A stretch of DNA of 62,427 nucleotides, filler included. It is 8 parts of 8 records of this genome, joined end to end, with 100 filler letters (N's around TTAATTAATTAA, not from the genome) between each part and the next. Parts side by side here need not be neighbours in the genome. Positions count along the whole stretch, not along the records: positions 1 to 8,754 come from SRR31156797_46262; positions 8,855 to 24,577 come from SRR31156797_46273; 6 more parts are not named here. One strand, written 5' to 3'. Below are positions 1-9,879 of this stretch, in pieces. Below the pieces are notes generated by a model. That model saw nothing but the letters and a program-made list of their open reading frames with translations. It searched no databases and had not been told where the DNA came from. The first letter of the stretch is position 1; every line of letters starts with the position of its first letter. A program made the translations under genes and the position numbers.

Positions 1-706
1 ATATTGGCTTTGGCATAAATGATGCGTATAGTCCATGACGCTTCGCAATGGACTTTACAACCATTTTGAATGTAACTACATTATCAGCAGTTTCAAGTAT
101 TTCATCATATTTGAAGTCAATTTCGTGCTGACCGTGTGCCACCTCATGATGAGATGCTTCAATGTGGAAGCCCATTTCCTCCAGTGTCAGACACATATCA
201 CGACGAGCATCAGCTCCTAGGTCGATTGGAGCTAAGTCAAAGTAGCCTGCTTCGTCATGAGTAGTAGTTGTTGGTCTGCCTTCATCATCCACGTGGAATA
301 GGAAGAATTCACACTCAGGACCTACATTGCATGAGTATCCCATATCAGATGCTTCTTTTATAACTTTCTTTAGCACATAGCGTGGATCGCCCTCAAAAGG
401 CTTGCCCTCTGGTGTGTAAATGTCACAGATTAACCTCGCAACTCTGCCTACCTGTGGTCTCCATGGGAATATAACAAAAGTTGATGGGTCAGGTCTTAGA
501 TACATATCGCTTTCCTCAATGCGTACAAAACCCTCTATTGATGAACCATCAAACATACACTTGCCGTCTAATGCCTTTGATAATTCGTCTATTGTAATAG
601 CTACGTTCTTTAGTGTGCCGAATACGTCAGTAAATTGAAGTCTGATGAATTTTACATCGTTGTCCTCTGCCATGCGTAAGACGTCTTTTTTGCTGTATTT
701 TGCCAT
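1..706 (-). CDS. glnA: Glutamine synthetase type I, N-terminal part (runs off window start; absent from ORF track)
   Basis: Manual translation from ATG at 706: [35 protein letters not shown]...[20 protein letters not shown]...GPECEFFLF...[13 protein letters not shown]...ASFMPKP. GGAGG RBS at 716-720. Confidence 0.97.
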   Translation of the reverse strand, partial: MAKYSKKDVLRMAEDNDVKFIRLQFTDVFGTLKNVAITIDELSKALDGKCMFDGSSIEGFVRIEESDMYLRPDPSTFVIFPWRPQVGRVARLICDIYTPEGKPFEGDPRYVLKKVIKEASDMGYSCNVGPECEFFLFHVDDEGRPTTTTHDEAGYFDLAPIDLGADARRDMCLTLEEMGFHIEASHHEVAHGQHEIDFKYDEILETADNVVTFKMVVKSIAKRHGLYASFMPKPI

Positions 707-826
707 TTATTGATTCCTCCATATTTTTAAAATTCACTGGAGCCTTTTAAAAAGACTTTTATCACATTACTACACTAAAGAATTTGCAAGATTTTCTTAA
801 TTTCCTGCATATTAAATAGTATAATC

Positions 827-854
827 ATTATAACAATTTATTATCTTTTTGCAA
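827..854 (-). promoter_or_regulatory. Putative sigma-A promoter of glnA
   Basis: TTGCAA-16 nt-TATAAT with extended -10 TG on the minus strand. Confidence 0.55.
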
Positions 855-1067
855 CCCCAATTATTAATTCTTTACATATTTTCTTCGTAATGTCTCACAT
901 CTTGTCTATATATATTATTATGTACGAAAATTCCTCTTGTCCTGTTGCTATATAATCATTTAAATCATAGTAATACAGCACGTTTTCTGTATTTCGCCTT
1001 AGTAATATACCGTATAATATATATTATATCATAAGGTTTGTCTTTATTTTCAATATATGTTAATAAA

Positions 1068-2288
1068 TTATAAGCCCAGCATATCATAGGCAGATATGCC
1101 GTGCTCTGCCTCATCTAAGCCAAGTACTTCTTCTCTCCTATGGACACGTACCTTGACAGTATATTTTGCTGTTAAAAAGTATACCGCTGAAGCCAATAGG
1201 GCAACTGACCCACAGCATAGTACTCCTAGTGATTGTATCCCCAACAGCTGCCATCCGCCTCCATGCAGCAGTCCGCCCTCAGCAGCAAATACACCAACTA
1301 AAATAGTACCTAGAGAGCCGCACACACCATGAACACTGATTGCGCCAACAGGGTCATCAATGCGCAGTTTCGTATCTATTGCTTCACAAACAATGACCAT
1401 TATAACTGCGGAAATTATACCAATAATAATTGCTGCATTAGCTGATACAACATCACATCCAGCTGTAATACCCACAAGTCCTGCCAGACAGCCGTTTAAT
1501 GTCATGCCTACATCTGCCTTTTTATCTCTAAAATATGTGAATAACATTGCTGATAATGCCGCTGCTGCACCAGCCAAAACTGTATTTACTGCAATAATAC
1601 CAATAGCACTAGGATCAGCTGCAAGAGTAGAACCACAGTTAAAGCCAAACCAGCCAAACCATAATAGCAGAACTCCCAACGCTCCCAGCGGTATAGAGTG
1701 TGCAGGTATTGAGTTAACTTTGTTTCGAGTGGTATATTTCCCAGCCCTTGGACCTATAATCTTTGCCGCTGCAAATGCTGCAAATCCACCCATAGCGTGT
1801 ACCGCTGTACTTCCTGCAAAGTCATGGAACCCCTTTTGTGCCAGCCATCCGCCGCCCCATATCCAGTGTCCTGTTACCGGATATACTAATCCGCACATTA
1901 TTACACAGAAAAACAAGTAAATGTTGAATTTCGTTCTCTCGGCTACAGCTCCTGACACTATAGTTGCGCAGGTTGCAGCAAATACTGCCTGAAAGAAAAA
2001 AAAGGTTTCCATAGTAAGTCCGTCTGCCACCGCGCCTGTACCCTCAATTCCAATGCCGCTGAAGCCCACTATACCGTTTACATCAGAGCCAAACATCAAT
2101 GAATAACCAATCACATAATAGCAAAGCGTGCCTATAGCTATTGTCATAAAGTTCTTCATTATGATATTGGCTGTGTTTTTTGATTGGGTAAAGCCTGCTT
2201 CTACACAAGCAAATCCTGCATGCATGATAAATACCAATGCCGCCGAAACAATAACCCATACAGTATTAATCGCCAATGTTATGTCCAT
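1068..2288 (-). CDS. amtB: Ammonium transporter (Amt family)
   Basis: Multiple TM helices; motifs FFQAVFA, SGAVAER, HWIWGGGWL, DFAGSTAVH, WFGWFGFN, DDPVGAISVHG (twin His present); GGAGG RBS. Confidence 0.97.
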   Translation of the reverse strand: MDITLAINTVWVIVSAALVFIMHAGFACVEAGFTQSKNTANIIMKNFMTIAIGTLCYYVIGYSLMFGSDVNGIVGFSGIGIEGTGAVADGLTMETFFFFQAVFAATCATIVSGAVAERTKFNIYLFFCVIMCGLVYPVTGHWIWGGGWLAQKGFHDFAGSTAVHAMGGFAAFAAAKIIGPRAGKYTTRNKVNSIPAHSIPLGALGVLLLWFGWFGFNCGSTLAADPSAIGIIAVNTVLAGAAAALSAMLFTYFRDKKADVGMTLNGCLAGLVGITAGCDVVSANAAIIIGIISAVIMVIVCEAIDTKLRIDDPVGAISVHGVCGSLGTILVGVFAAEGGLLHGGGWQLLGIQSLGVLCCGSVALLASAVYFLTAKYTVKVRVHRREEVLGLDEAEHGISAYDMLGL

Positions 2289-2326
2289 AAATTCCTCCTA
2301 TATTAATATGATATATAATATGATAT

Positions 2327-2387
2327 AAAAAAGACATCCTAACAAAAAGACCCCAAAAAGGGGTCTTTTGATAGAACGCCTTTGTCC
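2327..2387 (-). promoter_or_regulatory. Leader attenuator of amtB: ANTAR-type hairpin overlapping an intrinsic terminator
   Basis: Minus strand GGAC-AAAGGC-GTTC hairpin (hexaloop with A1/G4). Its 3' half also forms the 5' arm of a long stem (GGCGTTCTA..AAAAGACCCC / GGGGTCTTTT..TAGGATGTC) followed by TTTTTT. Confidence 0.75.
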
Positions 2388-2403
2388 TTAAATATTAATT
2401 AAC

Positions 2404-2432
2404 ATTATAATACTCATTACCTCAATTTGCAA
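2404..2432 (-). promoter_or_regulatory. Sigma-A promoter of amtB
   Basis: TTGCAA-17 nt-TATAAT on the minus strand, just upstream of the attenuator. Confidence 0.7.
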
Positions 2433-2653
2433 TATTTATATTATTTCTTGCAAAAATTAGCACTATATTTTTTTACTGATAATAGCATCTATTGCAGTAA
2501 AGCAAAGCTGAATCTTATATGTATTACAATATAAAAGAATATAAAAGAATTCTCTATCGAAATTTATTGAATTTTCTGCTATAATATCTACTCGTTAATT
2601 TTTGTTGAAATATTTAAACAAAATATGTAATATAATTATACGAGGATTATGAG

Positions 2654-3874
2654 ATGAAAAGTACACAGAATAACGAAATAAATATTGATTATATAGATAT
2701 TATCCCCGGTATCAGAGTGCTGGCAATATTTTTGATTGCATGGTTTCACATCTGGCAGCAGTCATGGCTATCTCCATATTTGCCTATCGGAGAGAAAACA
2801 CTGGATTTTATGTTCCTGCCTCGTGCTGGATATTTATGGGTAGATATGTTTATTATGCTTTCTGCTTTCCAATTATTTCTGCCATACGTCAAAAAAATAA
2901 TGAATGGTGAACAATTCCCTACAGCAGGTCAATTCTACAAAAAGAGGGCTCTGCGTATAATGCCATCTTACTATTTTTGTATATTAATATGCCTGGTAAT
3001 GTCACTGGCACTAAATGAATATCAGCAGGAGCCATTGTTATTGGATCTCTTTACTCACTTGACATTTACCCATAATTTCTTTAAGTTTACATATTTATGG
3101 ACAAACTTAAATGTTGTTTTGTGGACAGTCGCTATTTTGATGCAGTTCTATCTTATATTCCCATTGCTAGTTAGAGCATATAAAAAATATCCTGTAGTTT
3201 CTTTCGCTGTTATGGTGTCTATCGCATTTGCTTTCAGGCACTATTTAGTCAACAGCTCAAAGAGTCCTTCAATGTTTGTCAATCAGCTGCCTGCATTTTT
3301 GGATGTAATAGCCCTTGGGTTCTTTGCAGCATACTTGGTAGTAATCATTAATAAAAAAATCAACTATCAAAAATACAGCACTGGTTTTACACTGATATCT
3401 ATAATGTCATTTTTCTGGATAGCCTACTATATGAAGGAATTATCTGGTGTACTAAACCAAGAATTAATACAAAGATGGCAGGGCGAATACCGCTTCCCTG
3501 TAGCAATTGCATTTATGACACTGATAATCAGTACAGCCTATTCACGATACGGATATCGCCGGATATTCTCCAACAGGGTAATGATTTTCCTAAGCTCAGT
3601 ATCCTATAATTACTATATCTGGCATCAGTACATAGCTGTGCGGATGGTAGAATTCAAGTTTCCTTATTATATATCCGATTTACCTCAGGTGATGGCTGAA
3701 AAGCCTTGGCAGTACACATATACTGCTGCCAGTTTTATAATTCCTCTTATTGTAGCAATAATTGTTACATGGGGTATTGATAAGCAGATGATACCTGCAA
3801 TACAAAAGATAATTAGTATGAGAAACGAAAAAAAATTGAAAACAACAGGTGCTGATATTGGTAATATAAGCTAG
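2654..3874 (+). CDS. Membrane O-acyltransferase (acyltransferase-3/OafA family)
   Basis: About 10 TM segments; motifs GIRVLA..I..FH, VDMFIMLS, FYKKRALRIMPSY, LWTVA...QFYL, SYNYYIWH. Confidence 0.85.
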   Translation: MKSTQNNEINIDYIDIIPGIRVLAIFLIAWFHIWQQSWLSPYLPIGEKTLDFMFLPRAGYLWVDMFIMLSAFQLFLPYVKKIMNGEQFPTAGQFYKKRALRIMPSYYFCILICLVMSLALNEYQQEPLLLDLFTHLTFTHNFFKFTYLWTNLNVVLWTVAILMQFYLIFPLLVRAYKKYPVVSFAVMVSIAFAFRHYLVNSSKSPSMFVNQLPAFLDVIALGFFAAYLVVIINKKINYQKYSTGFTLISIMSFFWIAYYMKELSGVLNQELIQRWQGEYRFPVAIAFMTLIISTAYSRYGYRRIFSNRVMIFLSSVSYNYYIWHQYIAVRMVEFKFPYYISDLPQVMAEKPWQYTYTAASFIIPLIVAIIVTWGIDKQMIPAIQKIISMRNEKKLKTTGADIGNIS

Positions 3875-4040
3875 TGCCTAGTTGGTATTAAGTATTATAT
3901 TAACGTAGGTAATTTAATTATATATATAATGCACGTAACAATATTGTAATAAACCTTAAGAAACACTAGCATATTTATTTCAAATGATATATAATATGTT
4001 TTGGTAACTACGAAATCACTAAGGACGGTAGTAATTTAAT

Positions 4041-5063
4041 ATGTTTAATGGTAAAACTTTACTTATAACAGGCGGAACCGGTTCATTCGGTAACGCTGTA
4101 CTAGATAGATTCTTGGACACTGATATCGGTGAAATAAGAATATTCTCCAGAGACGAAAAAAAACAGCATGATATGCGTAAAAAATATAAGAACAGCAAGA
4201 TTAAGTTCTATATCGGTGACGTAAGAGACATTCAGTCTATTAAAGCTGCAATGAACGGAGTTGACTATGTCTTCCACGCAGCAGCACTGAAGCAGGTTCC
4301 ATCCTGCGAATTCCACCCTATGCAGGCATACAAGACAAACGTCGAAGGTACAGCAAATGTGTTGGAAGTGGCAGTCGATATGGGAGTAAAGAAGATTGTC
4401 TGCCTGTCAACAGACAAAGCAGTCTATCCTATTAATGCAATGGGTATTTCCAAGGCAATGATGGAAAAGGTTGCAAGTGCAATGGCACGTGAAACAGACG
4501 AATCCAAGTGTACAATCTGCTCAACCAGATATGGCAATGTAATGGCTTCCAGAGGAAGCGTTATTCCTCTGTTTGTTAATCAGATAAAAAATGGCGATGA
4601 GCTGACTGTTACAGATCCAAATATGACTAGATTCCTAATGTCGCTTGACGAAGCAGTGGACTTGGTGCTGTTTGCTTTCAAAAATGGTCACAGCGGCGAT
4701 GTCTTTGTTCAAAAAGCCCCTGCTTGTACAATTGAAGTATTGGCACAAGCTGTAAAGGAAGTTTTCAAATCAAATGCGAACATAAAAGTAATAGGTACTC
4801 GCCACGGCGAAAAGCTATATGAAACTTTAGTTACTCGGGAAGATATGGTAAAAGCTCAGGACTTAGGCGATTATTTCCGTATACCGCCTGATAATCGTGA
4901 CCTGAATTATGATAAGTATTTCAAAGAAGGCTCGCAGGAAGTTGCTTCCTTTGAGGATTACCATTCTCACAATACTCAGAGGCTTAATGTAAGCCAAGTA
5001 GTTGAAAAACTATTGGAACTAAAATATATTCAAACTGAATTAGAAATCATGAGCAAAGACTAA
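4041..5063 (+). CDS. wbjB: UDP-GlcNAc 4,6-dehydratase/5-epimerase (WbjB/Cap5E/FnlA type)
   Basis: TGGTGSFG, FSRDEKKQ, HAAALKQVPSCEF, STDKAVYPINAMGISKA, TRYGNVMASRGSV, RHGEKLYETL. Confidence 0.92.
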   Translation: MFNGKTLLITGGTGSFGNAVLDRFLDTDIGEIRIFSRDEKKQHDMRKKYKNSKIKFYIGDVRDIQSIKAAMNGVDYVFHAAALKQVPSCEFHPMQAYKTNVEGTANVLEVAVDMGVKKIVCLSTDKAVYPINAMGISKAMMEKVASAMARETDESKCTICSTRYGNVMASRGSVIPLFVNQIKNGDELTVTDPNMTRFLMSLDEAVDLVLFAFKNGHSGDVFVQKAPACTIEVLAQAVKEVFKSNANIKVIGTRHGEKLYETLVTREDMVKAQDLGDYFRIPPDNRDLNYDKYFKEGSQEVASFEDYHSHNTQRLNVSQVVEKLLELKYIQTELEIMSKD

Positions 5064-5134
5064 TACTCTTTGCTTTTATACAAATAAAGATATAGTAATT
5101 ATCACTTCTACAGGAAGGTACAAGGAAGAAAGTC

Positions 5135-6244
5135 ATGAATATACTAGTTACTGGTGCAAATGGGTTCGTAGGGCGCAATCTGTGTTCTCATTTGAAATTG
5201 ATGGAAAATGTTAATCTCTATGAATTTGACAAGGAGAATACTACTGAGGAATTAAAGACCATGGTAATGGACTCCCAATTTATAATGCATTTTGCAGGAG
5301 TAAACAGACCAAAAGATGAAACTGAATTCTTTGAAGGCAACACCGATTTAACTAAATTAATCATAGAGACTCTTGAATCAAATAATCTGTCAGTACCAAT
5401 TTTATTATCATCCTCTACTCAGGCAACCAGAGATAATGCCTACGGCAAATCAAAGCTGATGGCAGAAAAAGCGGTAATAGATTACGGCATTGATAATGAT
5501 GTGCCGGTATATGTATATAGATTCCCTAATCTTTTCGGTAAATGGTGCAGACCAAATTACAACAGCGTTGTAGCTACGTTCTGTCACAATATTGCAAACG
5601 ACTTACCTATCACAATCAATGCACCAGACGCGCTGATTACATTATCTTATATTGATGACGTAGTTAACGAATGCCTTAATGCAATGGTTGATGATGTTGA
5701 AAAGGATGGCAACTATTGTGTTGTTCGTGAAAAATATGATATTACTTTGCAGGACTTAGCAGACATGATATATTCGTTTAGGGATGTCAGGAAGACTGGA
5801 ATAATACCGGATATGACAAATAGCCTTACAAAATATATGTATTCTACATATTTGTCCTATGTAGATGATGCAAACCACGGATATAAGCCTGAACTTCATA
5901 CTGATGACCGGGGCTGGCTGTTCGAGCTTATCAAATCCCCTAACATTGGTCAGATATTCGTATCAAAGACAAAGCCTGGAATTACTAGAGGTAATCACTA
6001 TCACCATACAAAGGTAGAGAAGTTTACAGTAATTGAAGGAAAAGCATTAATCAGATTAAGGTGTATTGACGGTGATGAAGTCTTGGATTATGAAGTTAAC
6101 GGAGACGATCCTACAATCGTGAATATTCCTCCGGGATATACCCATAATATTTCTAATATCGGCGATACCGATGTACTTACGCTATTCTGGGTGAATGAAA
6201 TATTCAATAAAGATAAACCTGATACAATATATGAGGAAGTATAG
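5135..6244 (+). CDS. wbjC: UDP-2-acetamido-2,6-dideoxy-hexulose reductase with C-terminal cupin (WbjC/Cap5F/FnlB type)
   Basis: TGANGFVG, YGKSK, FGKWCRPNYNSVVATFC, cupin motif RGNHYHHTKVEKF and PPGYTHNI. Confidence 0.92.
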   Translation: MNILVTGANGFVGRNLCSHLKLMENVNLYEFDKENTTEELKTMVMDSQFIMHFAGVNRPKDETEFFEGNTDLTKLIIETLESNNLSVPILLSSSTQATRDNAYGKSKLMAEKAVIDYGIDNDVPVYVYRFPNLFGKWCRPNYNSVVATFCHNIANDLPITINAPDALITLSYIDDVVNECLNAMVDDVEKDGNYCVVREKYDITLQDLADMIYSFRDVRKTGIIPDMTNSLTKYMYSTYLSYVDDANHGYKPELHTDDRGWLFELIKSPNIGQIFVSKTKPGITRGNHYHHTKVEKFTVIEGKALIRLRCIDGDEVLDYEVNGDDPTIVNIPPGYTHNISNIGDTDVLTLFWVNEIFNKDKPDTIYEEV

Positions 6245-6255
6245 GAGCAACACTA

Positions 6256-7383
6256 ATGAGCAAACTTAAGGTAATGACAGTCGTTGGAACCAGGCCCGAA
6301 ATCATCAGATTATCATCAGTAATCAAAGCCTGTGACAAATACTTTGACCACACTTTGGTTCACACTGGTCAAAACTGGGACTATACATTAAATCAAGTAT
6401 TTTTTGATGAATTAGAGCTTCGTGCACCTGACTACTCACTAGGTGCTGTGGGTAAGCACTTAGGCGAAACAGTTGGAAACATTATAGCTAAATCATATGA
6501 AGTAATGCAAAAAGTAAAGCCCGAAGCACTGCTTATACTAGGTGATACCAACTCTGCCCTTGCTGCATATTCAGCAAAAAGACTAAAGATTCCGATTTTT
6601 CATATGGAAGCAGGTAACAGATGCTTTGATCAGAATGTTCCTGAAGAGATTAACAGAAAAGTAGTTGACCATATTTCTGACATCAATCTTTGCTATACAG
6701 AGCATTCTAGGAGATATTTATTATCTGAGGGCGTACAAAAGCAGCATGTATATGTAACTGGTTCTCCTATGCAGGAAGTTCTGACCCTTTATAAAAATAA
6801 AATAGATAATTCAAAAGTTCTAGAGGAATTAGGACTGGAAGAAGATAAATATATTTTGGTATCAGCTCACAGAGAAGAGAACATAGATAATGAGCAGAAT
6901 TTCCTAACTCTGATGAATGCAATCAACTTCGCAGCAGAACAATACCAATTACCTGTTATATATTCTACTCATCCACGTTCTCTGAAAAAAATTCAGGAGC
7001 GAGGATTTGAGTTCCATCCCCTAGTCAGGTCACTAAAGCCATTTGGTTTCTTTGACTACAACAGACTTCAGAAATCCTCCTTTGCTGTTTTATCTGACAG
7101 CGGTACGCTATCTGAGGAATCTGCAATGTTAGGATTTAACGGAATATTAATTAGAACTAGTACAGAGCGTCCGGAAGTTCTGGACAAAGGAACAGTAATA
7201 ATCGGTTCAATCGCTTCCGACTCAATAAAGCAAAGCATTGAACTAGCTAGAGCAATGAAACACAATAACGAAAAAGTTTGCTTGGCACACGATTATGTTG
7301 ATACTAATGTATCAGTAAAAGTTGTAAAAATAATACAATCCTATGTACCAATCATAAATAATATGGTATGGCGCAAAGGTTGA
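6256..7383 (+). CDS. wbjD: Non-hydrolysing UDP-sugar 2-epimerase (WbjD/Cap5G/FnlC type)
   Basis: VGTRPEIIRLS, HTGQN, HMEAGNRCFD, SAHREEN, SDSGT, TERPE; third gene of the FucNAc trio. Confidence 0.92.
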   Translation: MSKLKVMTVVGTRPEIIRLSSVIKACDKYFDHTLVHTGQNWDYTLNQVFFDELELRAPDYSLGAVGKHLGETVGNIIAKSYEVMQKVKPEALLILGDTNSALAAYSAKRLKIPIFHMEAGNRCFDQNVPEEINRKVVDHISDINLCYTEHSRRYLLSEGVQKQHVYVTGSPMQEVLTLYKNKIDNSKVLEELGLEEDKYILVSAHREENIDNEQNFLTLMNAINFAAEQYQLPVIYSTHPRSLKKIQERGFEFHPLVRSLKPFGFFDYNRLQKSSFAVLSDSGTLSEESAMLGFNGILIRTSTERPEVLDKGTVIIGSIASDSIKQSIELARAMKHNNEKVCLAHDYVDTNVSVKVVKIIQSYVPIINNMVWRKG

Positions 7384-7402
7384 TAAGATTGACGGAGTAT
7401 AA

Positions 7403-8497
7403 ATGGCTAGAACCGACAAAAAAGTATTAATAATTGGTGCTCTTGGAGATGGACCTGACGGCATGAGTCAGGCAACCATTGTACTTCGAGATATTTGGCT
7501 TAATGAAGGTGTACCTCTTGAAGTTGTAGATTTCTTTGACAATGGCGGTGCAGGAGTAGGAGTGAGTCCTCTTACAAAGATTAAATCCAGTAAAATCAAC
7601 CAAAAGAAGGCTGACAGGATTATTCCAACAGTAGACAGTGTATATCTGACACCGAAACTATCACCCTTAGGCTTTTTGTCTGTAGTTCCATACATGAAAT
7701 CCTGCTTGAAATACAAGGTTCCTTATACTCTTCACTTTCATGGCAGAGCATTTCAACGCAATTATAAAAAATATCCCTTTTTTAGACCGATTTTTGATAA
7801 GTATATAACCAAATCTCACATAAATATTGCTCTGACTAATAGTCTGCTCAATGAAATTCAGGAATTAGGAATTGGCGGAAGCTGGACAACAGTTGGTAAC
7901 TATTCACAGGATTTTATGATGCTTAAGAGTGATGAAATATCTCAAAAGAAACAATTGTGTTATATTCATCCGATAAAAATCGCATATATGTCAAATATAA
8001 TTGAATCAAAAGGCATTTTTCACGTAATGGAAGCTGTTGGAGGAGACGATAGATTTGCATTAGAAATAGCCGGCAAAGTATTCCCTGATGAAGAAAAAAG
8101 ATTCTACCAACTGCTTAATGAATATAACAATATCAAATTCCTTGGTTTTATCAGCGGAGACGAAAAGCGTGAAATGCTGAAAAGATCAGCGATATTTATA
8201 CTGCCAACACTCTACCCTACAGAAGCTCAGCCTATTAGCTTAATTGAAGCTCTGTGCTTAGGATGTATTATAGTAGCTACCGAACACATTGGTATTATGG
8301 ATACTTTGGGAGAAAGTTATCCCAAAGATTTGTACGTTAAGCAGGATGTAATAAACATACAAAAAAGGCTAAATGATATATACAATAATTACAATAAATA
8401 CAGCGGATACATTTTAAGTAATCTAGAAACCTATCAGAATAAATTCTCTCAATCAAATTATGCTGATAATATATATAATACTTTAGACTTTAAGTAG
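7403..8497 (+). CDS. GT4-family glycosyltransferase
   Basis: LHFHG, SNIIESKG, and E-X7-E motif EAQPISLIEA. Confidence 0.85.
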   Translation: MARTDKKVLIIGALGDGPDGMSQATIVLRDIWLNEGVPLEVVDFFDNGGAGVGVSPLTKIKSSKINQKKADRIIPTVDSVYLTPKLSPLGFLSVVPYMKSCLKYKVPYTLHFHGRAFQRNYKKYPFFRPIFDKYITKSHINIALTNSLLNEIQELGIGGSWTTVGNYSQDFMMLKSDEISQKKQLCYIHPIKIAYMSNIIESKGIFHVMEAVGGDDRFALEIAGKVFPDEEKRFYQLLNEYNNIKFLGFISGDEKREMLKRSAIFILPTLYPTEAQPISLIEALCLGCIIVATEHIGIMDTLGESYPKDLYVKQDVINIQKRLNDIYNNYNKYSGYILSNLETYQNKFSQSNYADNIYNTLDFK

Positions 8498-8689
8498 ATA
8501 CTATTTCACTTCATTCTTTCTTCAATATCTTACACAAATAAAAGCCCTATATATTTCAATATACCAATAATTTCTATATTGATAAATCAAGATTAAATTA
8601 ACTAAAAACACAGTGTTTTACTGCTCCGAATCCCCCTTGACAAGCACGGATTATTAGAAATACATAAAAACCTAAAAAATTGAACAAAA

Positions 8690-8746
8690 TAAGCAAAAAA
8701 AATGTTGACAACAATAATTCATTATGATATTCTATTGAAGCTGTCA
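8690..8746 (+). promoter_or_regulatory. Strong sigma-A promoter at contig end, probably of an rRNA/tRNA operon
   Basis: A-tract UP-like element, TTGACA (8705-8710)-17 nt-TATTCT with extended TG, then AAGCTGTC; the contig ends about 20 nt later. Confidence 0.55.
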
Positions 8747-8754
8747 ACGAAAAC

Positions 8755-8854
8755 NNNNNNNNNNNNNNNNNNNNNNNNNNNNNNNNNNNNNNNNNNNNTT
8801 AATTAATTAANNNNNNNNNNNNNNNNNNNNNNNNNNNNNNNNNNNNNNNNNNNN
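8755..8854. other. Artificial contig spacer
   Basis: N44-TTAATTAATTAA-N44 (stops in all frames); abrupt composition change across it. Confidence 0.99.
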
Positions 8855-9123
8855 TCATTCGCATCTCCATCCCCCCTTTGACCGAGGAAAGGCGAAAAGA
8901 GCTGGCCAAACTGGCCAGAAAAATGGCGGAAGACAATAAGATTTCAATCCGGAACTTGAGGCGGGAAGCCAACGACATGTTCAAGGAGTTGAAAGCCGAA
9001 AAAGAAATCAGCGAAGATGAGCTTTATAAATCCCAGGATGATGTTCAGAAAATTACCGATGAATTCATCAAAAAAATAGACGAAACAACCACCCAAAAAG
9101 AACAGGAGATCATTGAATTCTGA
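8855..9123 (+). CDS. frr: Ribosome recycling factor, C-terminal part
   Basis: [16 protein letters not shown]...[10 protein letters not shown]...ISEDE...VQKITD...KEQEI; lies upstream of uppS. Confidence 0.96.
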
Positions 9124-9126
9124 TAC

Positions 9127-9855
9127 ATGACATCAATCATAAGCAAAGAAAGCCTGCCGAAACATGTGGCCATTATCATGGATGGAAACGGCCGGTGGGC
9201 GGAAAAGCACGCCTTCCCGCGTGTCAGAGGGCATCGAAAGGGAGCGGAATCCGTCAGAACAATCGTCACGCTCTGTCGTAAGCTGGGTATTCCGTGGCTC
9301 ACCCTTTACGCTTTTTCGGAAGAAAACTGGAAAAGGCCTCCCCATGAAGTAAACGCACTCATGAAACTCCTTGGCAGTTTCCTGAAACGCGAATTGAAAG
9401 AAATGAAAGAAAACGGCATCCGTTTGAATGTGATCGGCCGAACCGAAAAGCTTCCCGCCGCCATCAGAGAGATACTTCTGGATACCATCCGACAAACATC
9501 TCATGGCCGTAATATGGTTTTGACCCTTGCGCTCAGTTATGGCGGCAGACAGGAAATACTGGATGCGGCCCGCACCCTTGCCCACAAGGTGAAAAACGGC
9601 GACATGGATCCCGCGGACATCTCGGAAGATCAATTTTCAGGCAGCCTTTACACCAGCGGGATGCCCGATCCGGACCTTGTCATTCGAACCAGCGGCGAAT
9701 ACCGTATCAGCAATTTTCTGCTTTGGCAGATTTCATACAGTGAAATCTACATTACCCCGACCCTGTGGCCTGACTTTGGTGAAGCGGAATTTTTGAAAGC
9801 ACTTTCGGAATACCAAAAAAGGGACAGAAGATTTGGCGCGGTCGCCACAACATAG
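9127..9855 (+). CDS. uppS: Undecaprenyl diphosphate synthase
   Basis: HVAIIMDGNGRWA, YAFSEENWKRP, RTSGEYRISNFLLWQ. Confidence 0.97.
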   Translation: MTSIISKESLPKHVAIIMDGNGRWAEKHAFPRVRGHRKGAESVRTIVTLCRKLGIPWLTLYAFSEENWKRPPHEVNALMKLLGSFLKRELKEMKENGIRLNVIGRTEKLPAAIREILLDTIRQTSHGRNMVLTLALSYGGRQEILDAARTLAHKVKNGDMDPADISEDQFSGSLYTSGMPDPDLVIRTSGEYRISNFLLWQISYSEIYITPTLWPDFGEAEFLKALSEYQKRDRRFGAVATT

Positions 9856-9879
9856 CGAGACCTTTCGGAGCTGCTCATA

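Noticed and set aside
35-638. Short plus-strand ORFs (61 and 72 aa)
   Set aside because: They lie antisense to glnA, which the ORF track missed.
8799-8810. TTAATTAATTAA recurring seven times, as a possible biological repeat or CRISPR
   Set aside because: Always centred in N runs; it is a synthetic all-frame stop linker.
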